A DNA stretch of 32,496 bases from a virus (Duplodnaviria; Caudoviricetes), in IMG/VR virus record IMGVR_UViG_3300025102_000139, positions 1-32,496 of that record; one strand, given 5' to 3'. Below are positions 1-9,680 of the stretch, piece by piece. The translations under genes and the position numbers were made by a program. The notes under the pieces were generated by a model that did not search any database, was not told the origin of the DNA, and saw only the letters and a program-made list of their open reading frames with translations. The stretch's first letter is position 1, and each line of letters starts with the position of its first letter.

Positions 1-167
1 ACTTGATAAAGCGTGATAGTGTCTTCGCCGCCTTTGACGCTCTGTTCCCAAGAGTTACACTTCCACGAAGAGACGCGCCACTTGTTGGTATCGACCTTAG
101 CGTGCTTCAGTAGCTGCTTCAGAGTCTTGACGCGGTGACCCTGCGCGCTGACGGTTATTTCTTCCAT
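1..167 (-). CDS. Partial CDS (runs off the left edge); N-terminus resembles phage calcineurin-like phosphoesterases
   Basis: Not in ORF track. ATG at 167 overlaps the TGA of 167..613 (TGATG). Reads MEEITVSAQGHRVKTLKQLLKHAKVDTNKWRVSSWKCNSWEQSVKGGEDTITLYQ with no stop. The family call is a recollection; catalytic motifs would lie outside the window. Confidence 0.65.
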   Translation of the reverse strand, partial: MEEITVSAQGHRVKTLKQLLKHAKVDTNKWRVSSWKCNSWEQSVKGGEDTITLYQ

Positions 168-613
168 CAGATTTCCGGCACCAAGCCCTTAACCTTGTCG
201 ATGTTTCCTATAATGTCGGCGCCCCCGGTAGTGTCTCGGTAGCCCCGGATCGTAGGATCTTTTTCCTCGGCTGTCAGTTTTCGGCGGACTCTCGCCTCAA
301 ACCCGTTCTCTCCGTCAGCAGCCATCTCACGGGCGAGGCGCGATCTACGTCCTGCGGCGAGCATATCCTGCATTGACCGCGTCTTCGGGGCGTCTACCGG
401 GCGCTGTGCGCTTTGCGCTGCCATCTGTTGCCCAGCAGCAAGCTGTTGAGCCTCTGCGTCCTTCTTAGTCTTTTTGTCCTTAAAGGCACCGCCGATTCCA
501 CCGGCAACCGCGCCAATAGCGCCCCCGATAACAGTGCCGACACCCGGCACGATTGAGCCTAGCGTTGCGCCTGTTGAGGCCCCGGTTGCTGCGCCTTTGG
601 CAATGTTGCTCAT
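167..613 (-). CDS. Glycine-zipper protein, putative small ejection (DNA pilot) protein
   Basis: N-terminal GxxxG repeats (GAATGASTGATLGSIVPGVGTVIGGAIGAVAGGIGG), then a Lys-rich patch and a Gln/Ala helix, as in podophage ejection proteins; GGAG RBS. Confidence 0.75.
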   Translation of the reverse strand: MSNIAKGAATGASTGATLGSIVPGVGTVIGGAIGAVAGGIGGAFKDKKTKKDAEAQQLAAGQQMAAQSAQRPVDAPKTRSMQDMLAAGRRSRLAREMAADGENGFEARVRRKLTAEEKDPTIRGYRDTTGGADIIGNIDKVKGLVPEI

Positions 614-621
614 ACCGCTCC

Positions 622-1188
622 CTAGTACGCGGGTTCAATCTCAAGAACAATCTTGGCAGAGGTCACAGACGTATAGTCGAACTCCCCTGAAACGAAGCTC
701 ACATACAGTTTGCCGTCGTTCGCATCGGGACCAAGCACACCGGCGGACACATCGTAAAATAGTGGACCGTATTCTATCGCCGGACCACCCGGAGACGCGG
801 GAAAAACATATTGGGTCAACATGTTGATGCAGAGCATATATATCCCAGTAGGGATGGGCCTGACCCCAAGAGCCGTCCCTCCGCCTCCTACCTCCTGCTT
901 AAAGGTGATCGCGACCAGCGTAGATTGAATATCTGCGGAAGACAGGTCGGCGGTCGTCCCCGCCGCAGCGGTTCCACTAGTATGGAGCACAATAGCGTCC
1001 AAGCCGGTATTTCGCATTTGTGCGCCGTCAGTAATAATCAAACGTGCCGAACGGATAATCCCTCGGGTGGGCAGTCCTGTGATTTCAAACGTAGCTCGCT
1101 CATCAGAGCTACTACCGTCCGGCAAATTGCCCACCGTAAGCGATGTTTCGGACAATATCCGAGAAGGCCTGATGCGTGAAACGCCCAT
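622..1188 (-). CDS. Hypothetical beta-rich virion protein
   Basis: 188 aa, Thr/Ser/Gly-rich, in operon between structural genes, GGGG-type RBS; no recognised motif. Confidence 0.75.
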   Translation of the reverse strand: MGVSRIRPSRILSETSLTVGNLPDGSSSDERATFEITGLPTRGIIRSARLIITDGAQMRNTGLDAIVLHTSGTAAAGTTADLSSADIQSTLVAITFKQEVGGGGTALGVRPIPTGIYMLCINMLTQYVFPASPGGPAIEYGPLFYDVSAGVLGPDANDGKLYVSFVSGEFDYTSVTSAKIVLEIEPAY

Positions 1189-1200
1189 CTAAGCCCCCTA

Positions 1201-1617
1201 TTACTCGGATTCAGGAGCGAACAACACTACTGCATCTGACTTGAGCACACCCGTTCGCGCTGTAACAATCCGGCCAACAATGCCACCGTTAACGACGGCT
1301 GTCAACTGCCCGTTGGCATCGGTGTAAATGGCCGTGCCAGCAGCGCCTGCGATGTTTAGACCTGTGACCATCTTCCACGGAAGACCGATTCCATAACCAC
1401 CGTTAGGAATGTCATGCTTTGCAATCAGCAAACGGCCCGTCGTTGTCGCCGCGTCGGCAGCGGAGTGCTTGTAGACCAGAAAAGTGCCTTGTGAGCCACT
1501 GGGGTACATTACAGTGTTCTCGGTGAGGCCGGTTTCGCCGCCTACAACCTTGACGGCCATAGAGTAACTGAAGTCTCTGCCAGCCTTTAAAAGCCGCTGC
1601 TTAAACATGGATGCCAT
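1201..1617 (-). CDS. Putative capsid decoration/cement-like protein (DUF2190-like)
   Basis: 138 aa, AAGGAG RBS; 'AKHDIPNGGYG' and 'GTAIYTDANGQLT...VGRIV' pattern resembles 13996..14469 ('QTAIPAESYG'). Confidence 0.65.
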   Translation of the reverse strand: MASMFKQRLLKAGRDFSYSMAVKVVGGETGLTENTVMYPSGSQGTFLVYKHSAADAATTTGRLLIAKHDIPNGGYGIGLPWKMVTGLNIAGAAGTAIYTDANGQLTAVVNGGIVGRIVTARTGVLKSDAVVLFAPESE

Positions 1618-1657
1618 TTCGATGTCTCCTTAAGACGTATCCTCTTCGGATGTTGTT

Positions 1658-1686
1658 TCTATACAGTGCCTAAGGCACCATGTCAA
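1658..1686 (-). promoter_or_regulatory. Candidate sigma70-type promoter with a palindrome in the spacer
   Basis: TTGACA (1686-1681), 17-bp spacer, TATAGA (1663-1658). The spacer holds GTGCCT-N-AGGCAC (1666-1678). Sits at one of the few intergenic gaps. Confidence 0.55.
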
Positions 1687-1972
1687 GGGTTTGCCCTGCA
1701 AGAGCGGGATTGATTGAAGCGTTGGCTAGCATCATCGTGTCGTGCCCAAGCAGGCCTCCTACGAGAATCAAGCCCAAAACTATAGTTTGGGGGTTTTTTA
1801 ACGCGGTTCCCCAATCAAACTGATTGCGGTTAGAAAGCTCCGTAAGTTGGGCTTCGATGCGGTCTAGCGTTTTGCCAGAGTGCTTTTGTTCGTTTTGAAC
1901 GATGGCAAGCGCTTCACGGATGCCGCCTACTTGGTCTTCGAGAACCGTTACGCGCTGGTCTAAGTTGGACAT
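1670..1972 (-). CDS. Coiled-coil plus one TM helix protein (holin/XhlA-like)
   Basis: Heptad coiled coil (LDQRVTVLEDQV...LDRIEAQLTEL) then hydrophobic TIVLGLILVGGLLG; TAATG-coupled to the giant gene. Confidence 0.65.
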   Translation of the reverse strand: MSNLDQRVTVLEDQVGGIREALAIVQNEQKHSGKTLDRIEAQLTELSNRNQFDWGTALKNPQTIVLGLILVGGLLGHDTMMLANASINPALAGQTLDMVP

Positions 1973-4900
1973 TATTCCACCATACCTTCTTTGCCTGCTT
2001 TTTTGTATTTCCGACCGACTTCTCTTTTGTCGGATTTGACTTTGAAGCTTTTAGTCTGATCGCCGTGTAAAAGATAAACTTTCTGTACGTTCATTAACTG
2101 ACTCAATACAGTTAGTCTCTTTTGTACTTCGGATTTATCCATCCCTGCAAGATATGCGCGGGTCTCGATAGGCGTTAATGCGCCTAGATCCGTACCAAAT
2201 ATGACGGAGGCCATAAGGCGGAAACGGTTCACTTCGCGTCCCGCCATGTCCAACATGCCGGTCTTTATGAGGTTGTCGTTAGACCTGATTTTGCCGTTTG
2301 TTTCGGTCAAACCAAGAGAGTTGGTCATGCCGAACAGCTTGGCGAACTCAAGCTCTGCCCCTGTAAGCGGCTTCCCGTAGGTTGATTTTGGGGGTATTGG
2401 AAGTCCAGTAAGCTTCCGCAAGGTGTCCTCGAAGACATTTTCTGCGATAGGGTTCATCATATTGACTAGCTCTTTCAGTATAAAAGAGGCTCCCTCTCTG
2501 GTGTCGAAGTCTACGTCTTTGCGGAGGCCAGCAACGGCTGCGCCGGAGACAAGGTGAATCATCTCGGAATACATGTTTTGGAACTCGATGGACGTAAGAC
2601 GTGTCGATACAGTCTTCGCGTAGTTCACACGGTCCCTGCCTAGCTCTGACATCATCTTCTGACCCTCTTTGGTCAGCGTTCCGACATCGGAGATCATGTA
2701 ATCCATCAGCCAATCAGGAAGCTCTAGTTCTCTCGCTATCCTCCGCTGCTCCGCCGGGCTGAGGCCTGCGGGGTCTTCTCCTTCGCCTATTCCCATCGAA
2801 GGGCTAACGTACTGCTCATGGAAAACCACGTTAGCAAAACGACTCATGGCCTCCATGCGCTGCTGTTTGGTGTTAAACCTCGCATGTCTCTTGGCGTAAT
2901 CAAGCAAGTCGTCTGACCCGTGAAACAGGGCATTAAAGTTCTGCGCAATCGCGTTCTTAGAGAAAGTGTAAAAGGCGCTGATCCGGGCAATCCACTCTGT
3001 CTCGAACTTGCCTACGCTTGTCTGGTAATCGTACAGCGCCCTAGACATCATGTCGGCAGCCTCGTCTCTGGACATGCCTTTATTAAATCGCAGATGCGCG
3101 TAGAACTGAAGACGCTGCCTTCGCTGTGACGCCCGCATGGTGATGTCCATGATGTCGAAGTATTCGTCTTTCGCGTCTTGTAAGGTCTTGATGGCCGAGT
3201 TGGTTGACTTCAGCCCTTTTTCTACAAGCCCGATGTTGCGATCAACGGCCTCACGAAGCTCTGTCCCCCAGTCGGCGTGCCGGATGCTGTCGTCCATGCC
3301 GTCTTCTAGGGCCTCGTTCATAAGCTTCGCGGGGTTTACTTTTACAGTCTCGCCATTTGCCTTCTTGTAAACCTTGACCTCATCGGTCCCTTCGAGAACA
3401 TCGTCGATGAAGCGGTTAAAGGTCGCGTCGAACAGCGATGGCAGTCTAAGACCCACGTCCCCAGCGACTTGTGCGGCTTTTCGCGTGGCGTCTTGAAGCC
3501 GTGTCCCTAGATACGGAACGTAACCTAGAGAGCCGTACATAGAAATCACAGCTGCATCACCGATGCTCAACTCGGTTGCCATCTGTGAAAAGTCGCCTAC
3601 TTGGTTATTTACGAAGAATCCGGGATTCGGAGATAAAAGCCCGGTAAGTACATGCCTCTTCCACAGACTTATCATCTTGAGGGTTGTTGACGCTAGGTTC
3701 TGTGTCAGCACATTGCCCGCGCCGACGTCAGACAGGTTCTCTGTAAGTTTTTTAGAGATATTGTCTAAGTTTTTAGAGAACGTCTCAAGCTTAAACCTTG
3801 GTACAATCCGCATGTTTCCGTTGGCGTCTTTAGAGTGCGCCACCAACTCCATAAAATCGTCCGACGCTTGGCGGATATTGCTCGACAAGTCTTTCTTATA
3901 CGCCTGCTGAACTAGGTCTGGACCAAAGCGCAAGTACGCATCGGCCACATCTAGGAAAGAAAGCTCTGGTTCCCGTAACGTCAAATCCTTGATGGGGATG
4001 TCTTTCGGCTTGCCGTTTAGAACTACACGTCCATATGTTATTCCGTCTACCGTTACGATGTCCATCAGCTCCATCGCGGCCACCGCATTAGGCTGCGCCT
4101 CGGTCACAACCTTCTCCATCGAAGAGACTGGCCCTCGCTTTTTAGCCGCCTGCTGAGTCCGGTTTGTGATTGTACGGTAAGTCTCTACGTCCGCCTTAAG
4201 AACTACCATGTCCTTAACTTCAAGAGTTTGACGCATAGGGATAATTTCTTTGCCTCTACCGATGAATCTTTCGTAGGCGCGGATGTTGCGGATGTTCAGG
4301 CCCGCGCCGACTAGATTGGCCATCCTAGAAGTGTACGTCTCCTCTACCGCGCCTGCTACAATAGATTTGTACGACAAGGACATGTCCTTCGCAGGGATGT
4401 TTTCAAAGGTGTCAGCCACCCTTCTCATGCCCGCGTCTTTAACGGCGTCAAACGCCAACTTCTGCATCCCCTCTAAGGTTAGATCGGCAGGCGCGTCTTT
4501 GAGCTTTGCGACAAACTTCATCACAGCCTCACCCGCCTTAAGGGCCTCTGCCCCCAAGACGTTATCGGACACAAAGGCTTTTACGAACGCCTCTAGAGAC
4601 GCGGACTGTTGGTTCTTAAAGAACTCCTCCCGTGCCTTATCGTTCTTAGGGATAACTCGGGCGATGTTCAGGAAGCCCTCTTTGGCGGTCTCGAAGAACG
4701 ATGCTCCCATGCCGATGTTACCACTGACTTCAATGCCGGGACGAAGCTGTATAGTCTCTCCGCTTGTAAGGTACTGTTTGATTAGGTTGCTACGCTCGGC
4801 TTCGGGAGCGTACCTTACGACGATGCTCAGGTCTTGTGCGGCGGCTCGGGCAAATCGCGCTGTTCGCTTCGCAATCCGGTCTACCCCTTTGCCAAATCGG

Positions 4901-7900
4901 GGGCCTAAGAGCGCGACCCTTGTATTAAAGATCGTCCCCAGCTTACGGGCAAATAAATCGTTGACACGGATTGATGTCGCAGCGTACCACATGCGTGGCC
5001 GGGTAAAAGCGTCCGTGAACAGGTTTATCTTGACCTTGTTCATTGTCGCAGGTGCCGCCCACATTCTCTCGGCGAGGTCTGCCTTCGTTAGCGCCTCTAA
5101 GAAGTCCTCATTGGACAGCGCGGCCAAATCATTGGAGGCGAGCTTTCTGATCTCGTCTAAACGCGCAGTGTCTGCGACGATCTCATCTACGCCACGGCCT
5201 TCCTCTATAAGCTTCTTAATCTCCTCACCACCACGGCGTGTCTTGGCCACGTCAATAGCAGCAGATACTTTGGTGAGGCTGTCAAGCATGGCCTCAGCTA
5301 TCTGCGTTTGGGCCATCAAGGCCTTAGGCCCCAACTGAACCTCCTCACCAACAACCTTGGCGATACCCTCTGCAGTCGCAATCTCCTCTGACGCCCGCCG
5401 AATAGTTCCCTCTGCGGCTTGTTGTGTTTTCTGTAACTCCAAGATTTGGGCATTTAGCTCGTCTTGTTGTTTTGCTAAAAACTTAGCGTCAACGCCCCTT
5501 CCGCCCACACCCTTAAGCGTGCGTGTCAGCATCTCTACGGCTTTAGGTTTCAGCAAGGCCTTGACGTTGTTTACCGTAAGATCCAAGGCCGCTTGAGCCT
5601 TTGTCTGCTTGGCTATCGCCGCGTCTGCCCGCTTCTTCAGTCGGGCCTGATGGCGAGACAGCGGACTGGTAACCTCTTTTTGGTAGAACTTGGCAATCTT
5701 CTGACGCATGGTTTTTTTGGCCGCTCGGGCCTCCTTGACCTTGTCAAACTTTTTGACCCCTAGCTCGGCTATTTCTTCCCTTAACGCCTTGATTTCGGCA
5801 TCCCGTCCTTTAAAGAAAGTCTTGGCCTCGTCACTGCTTAGGTACTGATCTAGCTTTTTAGCCTTCCCTGAGCTGATGTAGGCGCTAAACGCATCATCAT
5901 CCACCATTGCCCGAGACGTGGCCATGGCAATATGATCGTTTTGGGCCTTTTTGGCGAAGGCTGACGCACGGTTAAGTGCCGCCTGCGCCCCCCGAAGGTC
6001 GTTTCCGTAAGCGTTAAGACTGTTGCGGACGGCCATGTGTACTGATTCCGAGGCTTCTGCGGCTGTTTTTGCGTCTTTAGCTTTTTCAATATCTTTGACG
6101 GCGTCGGCCCGCGACTTTACTGCGTTTTTGGCCTCGCTCTTCATGATGCTTGTTTCTCTTCTTACGATGTTGACGAGGCTGTCCGCTGGACCTCCGGCCC
6201 GCGTCCCAGCATCATAGGCGACCTGTTGAAGAATCGCTCGTGCCGCGCCTGTCTTATCATCATTTGCGGCCTTCTGAAGGGCAGCGGCTACGTCAACGGG
6301 GTTGGTCCTCTGTTCCGCGCTGAGGCCGTCAACAGCCTTGGTCAGAAGGTTTTTACCGTCATCTAGGCGATCAACGTGGCGAAGTCGGGCGAGGCCTTTT
6401 GCCGTCTTGCCTGCGCCGCCTAAAGCTTTCGCTGCCTTTCCTACAAAGGGCAGACCCATAAAAACATCCGGCTCTAGCAACATGATGCCGAACGTGGGAA
6501 CGCCCACCATTACAGCAGCGGTTGTGGGATTTGCTTCCCCGAACTCACCTAGCATGACCGGCCCAGCCTCTGTAAGCAGTCTGCCTGCATTGTCCGTGGT
6601 AGTGGCGATCTCCTCGACAAGACGGTCACTGTTCCAGATTTGCCCCATCCGCTTTAGAATCCAAGTCCCTCGTCCCGAGGCTTTATCACCAAACTCTCTG
6701 ACATAGTCTTTGTGCGCAAGATGATACGCGGCCCCGATTGCCTCTGTAGGCGCGTATCTGAAGATAGAGTCAGCCGCGTTCGCAACTCCTCCGTCAGTGA
6801 TATAAGTGGCAACAACGCCCTTTTCGGCAACTTCTTCGGCCTCTTCGCCCCGTTTGCCGATGGTGCCTGCGATCTTACGGTGGGGCAAAAAGGGCGCGAG
6901 CAAAGGCTTGAGCACTGGAAGTGTCGAGATAGGCCCGAGAATGCCGGTTCCGTCAAGGTAGTTCTGGAGGGCGTCATCGTTACGCCTGTACACGAACGAG
7001 GGCGTGCTTCGCTCAATACGGGAGATGTCGCCACGGGCAAGCCCTTCGGCCTCTGTTCGGATCTCGTCTCTCTCTGAAACGTCGAAGGTCGATAAAGGCT
7101 TGTTGTTTGTAAGCTGCTTAATATAGTGCGCTTTTGCAGAGGTATACGCGATGTCTAGGTTAATGCCTCGGTTTTTGCCTGTAGGATCTTCGTAAATCGG
7201 CTTGTAGACATCCATCGCCAGCGCGGTTTTTTGCGGGCGATAGGCATTGCTTAGGTACTTTTTGCGCTCCGTAGGGCTGTCAAACGCAAACTCCGCAAAC
7301 TCTGTAGACGTGGGCGTAGCCGTGAGGCCCAGTGAAACGCTCTTATAAAGCTCGGGGTCTGAAGTGTCTGAATGTAGCACCTGCTCCGCAGACGGCTTCA
7401 TCTCCTCTGCCTGCTGGGCGTCAAAGCCTGTGCCCGTCATGTTCGCAGTGCCGACAAGTTTACCGTTTACAACGCCCACCGAGCGGTATTTTACCTTTCT
7501 GCTCTTAGCTTCTTCTTGAAGCCTTTTCTGGTCAGCATTGTATGCTTCAGCGTCACGCCGGAAGTTCTCTTTGAGGTCAGCGAGGTCTTTGTATTCACGC
7601 CCTAGTTGAGTCATCGACATCACGTTCAAGGCTTTAAACTCGTTATCCCCGAGCTTGTCGTGCTCTTCCTGCCGCAAAGCCTGTCCGACGATTGCGTTAA
7701 GGCGGTCCTGTCTAGCCGCCTTGTTAGGCTCAATGTTGTTGGTCGAAAGGATGTTATCAAGAGCCAACTCTTGTTCGCTGACGAGGCCTGCGCCTTTTGT
7801 ATAGGCGGCTTGCCTCAAAGCGTTAGACGGCAGTCGAGACCGTAAATCCGCGCTCATGTCCGTAGTGGGCTTCTTTTCTACCGTAGGACGCATCAGTTTA

Positions 7901-8079
7901 GCAGCGGCGTTACCCTTGTCCGCTTGGGTCTGAACGTACTTATTAAGTTGATCAGGAGTAAACTTGATAAACTCGGCGTAACTAGGCCTTTCAAAGTTAG
8001 GCTTTGAAGGCTCTGGCTCCGGCGGAGCTACAGGAGCTTCAGGAACCTCTGGGACTTCCGGGACAGTTTCTTCCGCCAT
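1972..8079 (-). CDS. Giant (2035 aa) helical internal virion/ejection protein
   Basis: Ala/Lys-rich coiled-coil centre, hydrophobic segment AAVMVGVPTFGIMLL, C-terminal 'ALYDY...FE..W...FYTF' pattern seen in large podophage ejection proteins; lies after the tail genes. Confidence 0.75.
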   Translation of the reverse strand: MAEETVPEVPEVPEAPVAPPEPEPSKPNFERPSYAEFIKFTPDQLNKYVQTQADKGNAAAKLMRPTVEKKPTTDMSADLRSRLPSNALRQAAYTKGAGLVSEQELALDNILSTNNIEPNKAARQDRLNAIVGQALRQEEHDKLGDNEFKALNVMSMTQLGREYKDLADLKENFRRDAEAYNADQKRLQEEAKSRKVKYRSVGVVNGKLVGTANMTGTGFDAQQAEEMKPSAEQVLHSDTSDPELYKSVSLGLTATPTSTEFAEFAFDSPTERKKYLSNAYRPQKTALAMDVYKPIYEDPTGKNRGINLDIAYTSAKAHYIKQLTNNKPLSTFDVSERDEIRTEAEGLARGDISRIERSTPSFVYRRNDDALQNYLDGTGILGPISTLPVLKPLLAPFLPHRKIAGTIGKRGEEAEEVAEKGVVATYITDGGVANAADSIFRYAPTEAIGAAYHLAHKDYVREFGDKASGRGTWILKRMGQIWNSDRLVEEIATTTDNAGRLLTEAGPVMLGEFGEANPTTAAVMVGVPTFGIMLLEPDVFMGLPFVGKAAKALGGAGKTAKGLARLRHVDRLDDGKNLLTKAVDGLSAEQRTNPVDVAAALQKAANDDKTGAARAILQQVAYDAGTRAGGPADSLVNIVRRETSIMKSEAKNAVKSRADAVKDIEKAKDAKTAAEASESVHMAVRNSLNAYGNDLRGAQAALNRASAFAKKAQNDHIAMATSRAMVDDDAFSAYISSGKAKKLDQYLSSDEAKTFFKGRDAEIKALREEIAELGVKKFDKVKEARAAKKTMRQKIAKFYQKEVTSPLSRHQARLKKRADAAIAKQTKAQAALDLTVNNVKALLKPKAVEMLTRTLKGVGGRGVDAKFLAKQQDELNAQILELQKTQQAAEGTIRRASEEIATAEGIAKVVGEEVQLGPKALMAQTQIAEAMLDSLTKVSAAIDVAKTRRGGEEIKKLIEEGRGVDEIVADTARLDEIRKLASNDLAALSNEDFLEALTKADLAERMWAAPATMNKVKINLFTDAFTRPRMWYAATSIRVNDLFARKLGTIFNTRVALLGPRFGKGVDRIAKRTARFARAAAQDLSIVVRYAPEAERSNLIKQYLTSGETIQLRPGIEVSGNIGMGASFFETAKEGFLNIARVIPKNDKAREEFFKNQQSASLEAFVKAFVSDNVLGAEALKAGEAVMKFVAKLKDAPADLTLEGMQKLAFDAVKDAGMRRVADTFENIPAKDMSLSYKSIVAGAVEETYTSRMANLVGAGLNIRNIRAYERFIGRGKEIIPMRQTLEVKDMVVLKADVETYRTITNRTQQAAKKRGPVSSMEKVVTEAQPNAVAAMELMDIVTVDGITYGRVVLNGKPKDIPIKDLTLREPELSFLDVADAYLRFGPDLVQQAYKKDLSSNIRQASDDFMELVAHSKDANGNMRIVPRFKLETFSKNLDNISKKLTENLSDVGAGNVLTQNLASTTLKMISLWKRHVLTGLLSPNPGFFVNNQVGDFSQMATELSIGDAAVISMYGSLGYVPYLGTRLQDATRKAAQVAGDVGLRLPSLFDATFNRFIDDVLEGTDEVKVYKKANGETVKVNPAKLMNEALEDGMDDSIRHADWGTELREAVDRNIGLVEKGLKSTNSAIKTLQDAKDEYFDIMDITMRASQRRQRLQFYAHLRFNKGMSRDEAADMMSRALYDYQTSVGKFETEWIARISAFYTFSKNAIAQNFNALFHGSDDLLDYAKRHARFNTKQQRMEAMSRFANVVFHEQYVSPSMGIGEGEDPAGLSPAEQRRIARELELPDWLMDYMISDVGTLTKEGQKMMSELGRDRVNYAKTVSTRLTSIEFQNMYSEMIHLVSGAAVAGLRKDVDFDTREGASFILKELVNMMNPIAENVFEDTLRKLTGLPIPPKSTYGKPLTGAELEFAKLFGMTNSLGLTETNGKIRSNDNLIKTGMLDMAGREVNRFRLMASVIFGTDLGALTPIETRAYLAGMDKSEVQKRLTVLSQLMNVQKVYLLHGDQTKSFKVKSDKREVGRKYKKAGKEGMVE

Positions 8080-8085
8080 AATGAC

Positions 8086-8955
8086 CTACAGTTGATTTAG
8101 CTTAGTGTGAAGCGGGATTGCTGTGAGATTAGACTTACCTACCTTCAGAGTCGCCGTCCAGTCTCCCGTTGGTCCAAGGCCTGCTTGCGCCATAAGCTCA
8201 ATCTTCGCAACGTCAGAGAGTCCGCCTGCAGTTAAATCCGAAGGTGTGATTACAGTGCGTATGGACACATCCTGATTGGTCAACCTGTCAGCGGAAGTCG
8301 CGCTGGTGTAGAAGCCCGGATAGTGATAAGTTATTGCAGGGGAAACGGTAGGGTCATAGCTTTTGGTCGATATTGTAACCCTCGGCGACAACGTCCTCAT
8401 CGTCCGCTCAAGGACATAGGATTTTGCGGGCGAAGATGAGTCCGTGACCTTGATGTAAAACAGTCCGAAATGCTCATCTTCATTGGGATCCCAGACATCG
8501 GTTCCAGTTGTGTCTGTCGCCGTAACGACAATCTTCGTCAAGTCGGCGTTAGCCAAGACCAATATGGCCCCCACTTGTGAGTCTGTGTCCATACCAAGTT
8601 CTATGGAAATGCTAGAAGGCAGCAGATTATAAGACACGTCAGCAATAGATGTAGCGGTACCGGCAACTGTGGTCGTCGAGCTAAAAGCGTTGTGATTCAT
8701 GGTGGAGAAGATGTTCCGCGAGCCGGAACCCACCAATACCCCGCCAGACAAGTCTGCGTAGGTGGTTTCGTCGGCAACGCCATCTTGGAGCACAAGCCTT
8801 GGAAGATGGTTGTGCCTAAGAGCGCCTAAAGACAGATCTTCGAGACTAAGTTGGTTTATACCACTAGTTGTTCCGATGGCCGATTCAAACCTGAGGTTTA
8901 GTGAATCAGCGGTAAAGTCGGAATCCGGGTCAAGGTAGGTGTAAATGATGGCCAT
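8086..8955 (-). CDS. Short tail fibre/appendage-like protein
   Basis: N-terminus 'FTADSLNLRF...GINQLSLEDL' resembles a fibre-anchor motif; Thr/Ser-rich beta C-domain; TAATG-coupled. Confidence 0.6.
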   Translation of the reverse strand: MAIIYTYLDPDSDFTADSLNLRFESAIGTTSGINQLSLEDLSLGALRHNHLPRLVLQDGVADETTYADLSGGVLVGSGSRNIFSTMNHNAFSSTTTVAGTATSIADVSYNLLPSSISIELGMDTDSQVGAILVLANADLTKIVVTATDTTGTDVWDPNEDEHFGLFYIKVTDSSSPAKSYVLERTMRTLSPRVTISTKSYDPTVSPAITYHYPGFYTSATSADRLTNQDVSIRTVITPSDLTAGGLSDVAKIELMAQAGLGPTGDWTATLKVGKSNLTAIPLHTKLNQL

Positions 8956-9677
8956 TAGCGGAGCATCTCCAAGGCAAAAATCTCCCTATTGGCGATATAG
9001 GTGTTGCTATCGGAGGAGGAGCTTTCCATCGACGCGCGGATGTTCATGACCGCCACCTCGATAAGGTGCCTGCCCGGTGAAAGCTCTAGAATCGTGTCCA
9101 CGGTCACCGGAAGCCTTGCCCCCGAAAGGCCGCCTCCACATTGGGGCGTGGCAAGCTCCGAGTCGGTATTCGGCTCGACCACAAGCCCTCTCCCTTTAAA
9201 TCCACGGTAAAACTCATTAGACGAATCTCCGGTGCCTAGCACCGATTCAAACACAGTGGTCCCGTCAATCTTGAGTCCCACGCTATACCCGAAGCCTTTT
9301 TGGTCAATCCGGGCCACGCCTGTACCTGCAATAAGCTGAAGCGAGGCGCAAATCCAAACGGTTCCGCCCTTGGCCACAAAATCAAGTGACAAGCCGTTGT
9401 TGTCAAAGGTCTGCCAGCCATCGGTGCTTGCGATGGTTGCCCACTTGGCCTTGTTAAGGTAGTCCAGAACGCTCGGAGACTCAGACGCGGTGTGCAGAAT
9501 AAAAGCTGCGTCTTCTGCTAGCTGAGTCCGTGCGATCGGGGGCGTCTCGGCGCTGATGTTATGCTCGTCAAGAGCGCCGGAGGCTTCCGAAACAATCGGA
9601 ATAAAGTTCTCATTGATACCATCAGTGTCGATGACAGCGCCCGATTTAATGTCGTATCTTGGGTATCTCCAAGCCAT
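8955..9677 (-). CDS. Short tail fibre/appendage-like protein
   Basis: 'GAVIDTDGINENF...SGALDEHN' anchor-like motif and C-terminal 'LSPGRHLIEVAV' beta-sandwich signature; directly follows the nozzle gene. Confidence 0.65.
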   Translation of the reverse strand: MAWRYPRYDIKSGAVIDTDGINENFIPIVSEASGALDEHNISAETPPIARTQLAEDAAFILHTASESPSVLDYLNKAKWATIASTDGWQTFDNNGLSLDFVAKGGTVWICASLQLIAGTGVARIDQKGFGYSVGLKIDGTTVFESVLGTGDSSNEFYRGFKGRGLVVEPNTDSELATPQCGGGLSGARLPVTVDTILELSPGRHLIEVAVMNIRASMESSSSDSNTYIANREIFALEMLR

Positions 9678-9680
9678 CTG

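Noticed and set aside
4283-5338. 351-aa plus-strand ORF (also 13834..14880, 15741..16496, 17600..18232, 19150..19869 and others)
   Set aside because: Antisense shadows of real minus-strand genes; Ser/Arg-rich composition and no recognisable motifs.
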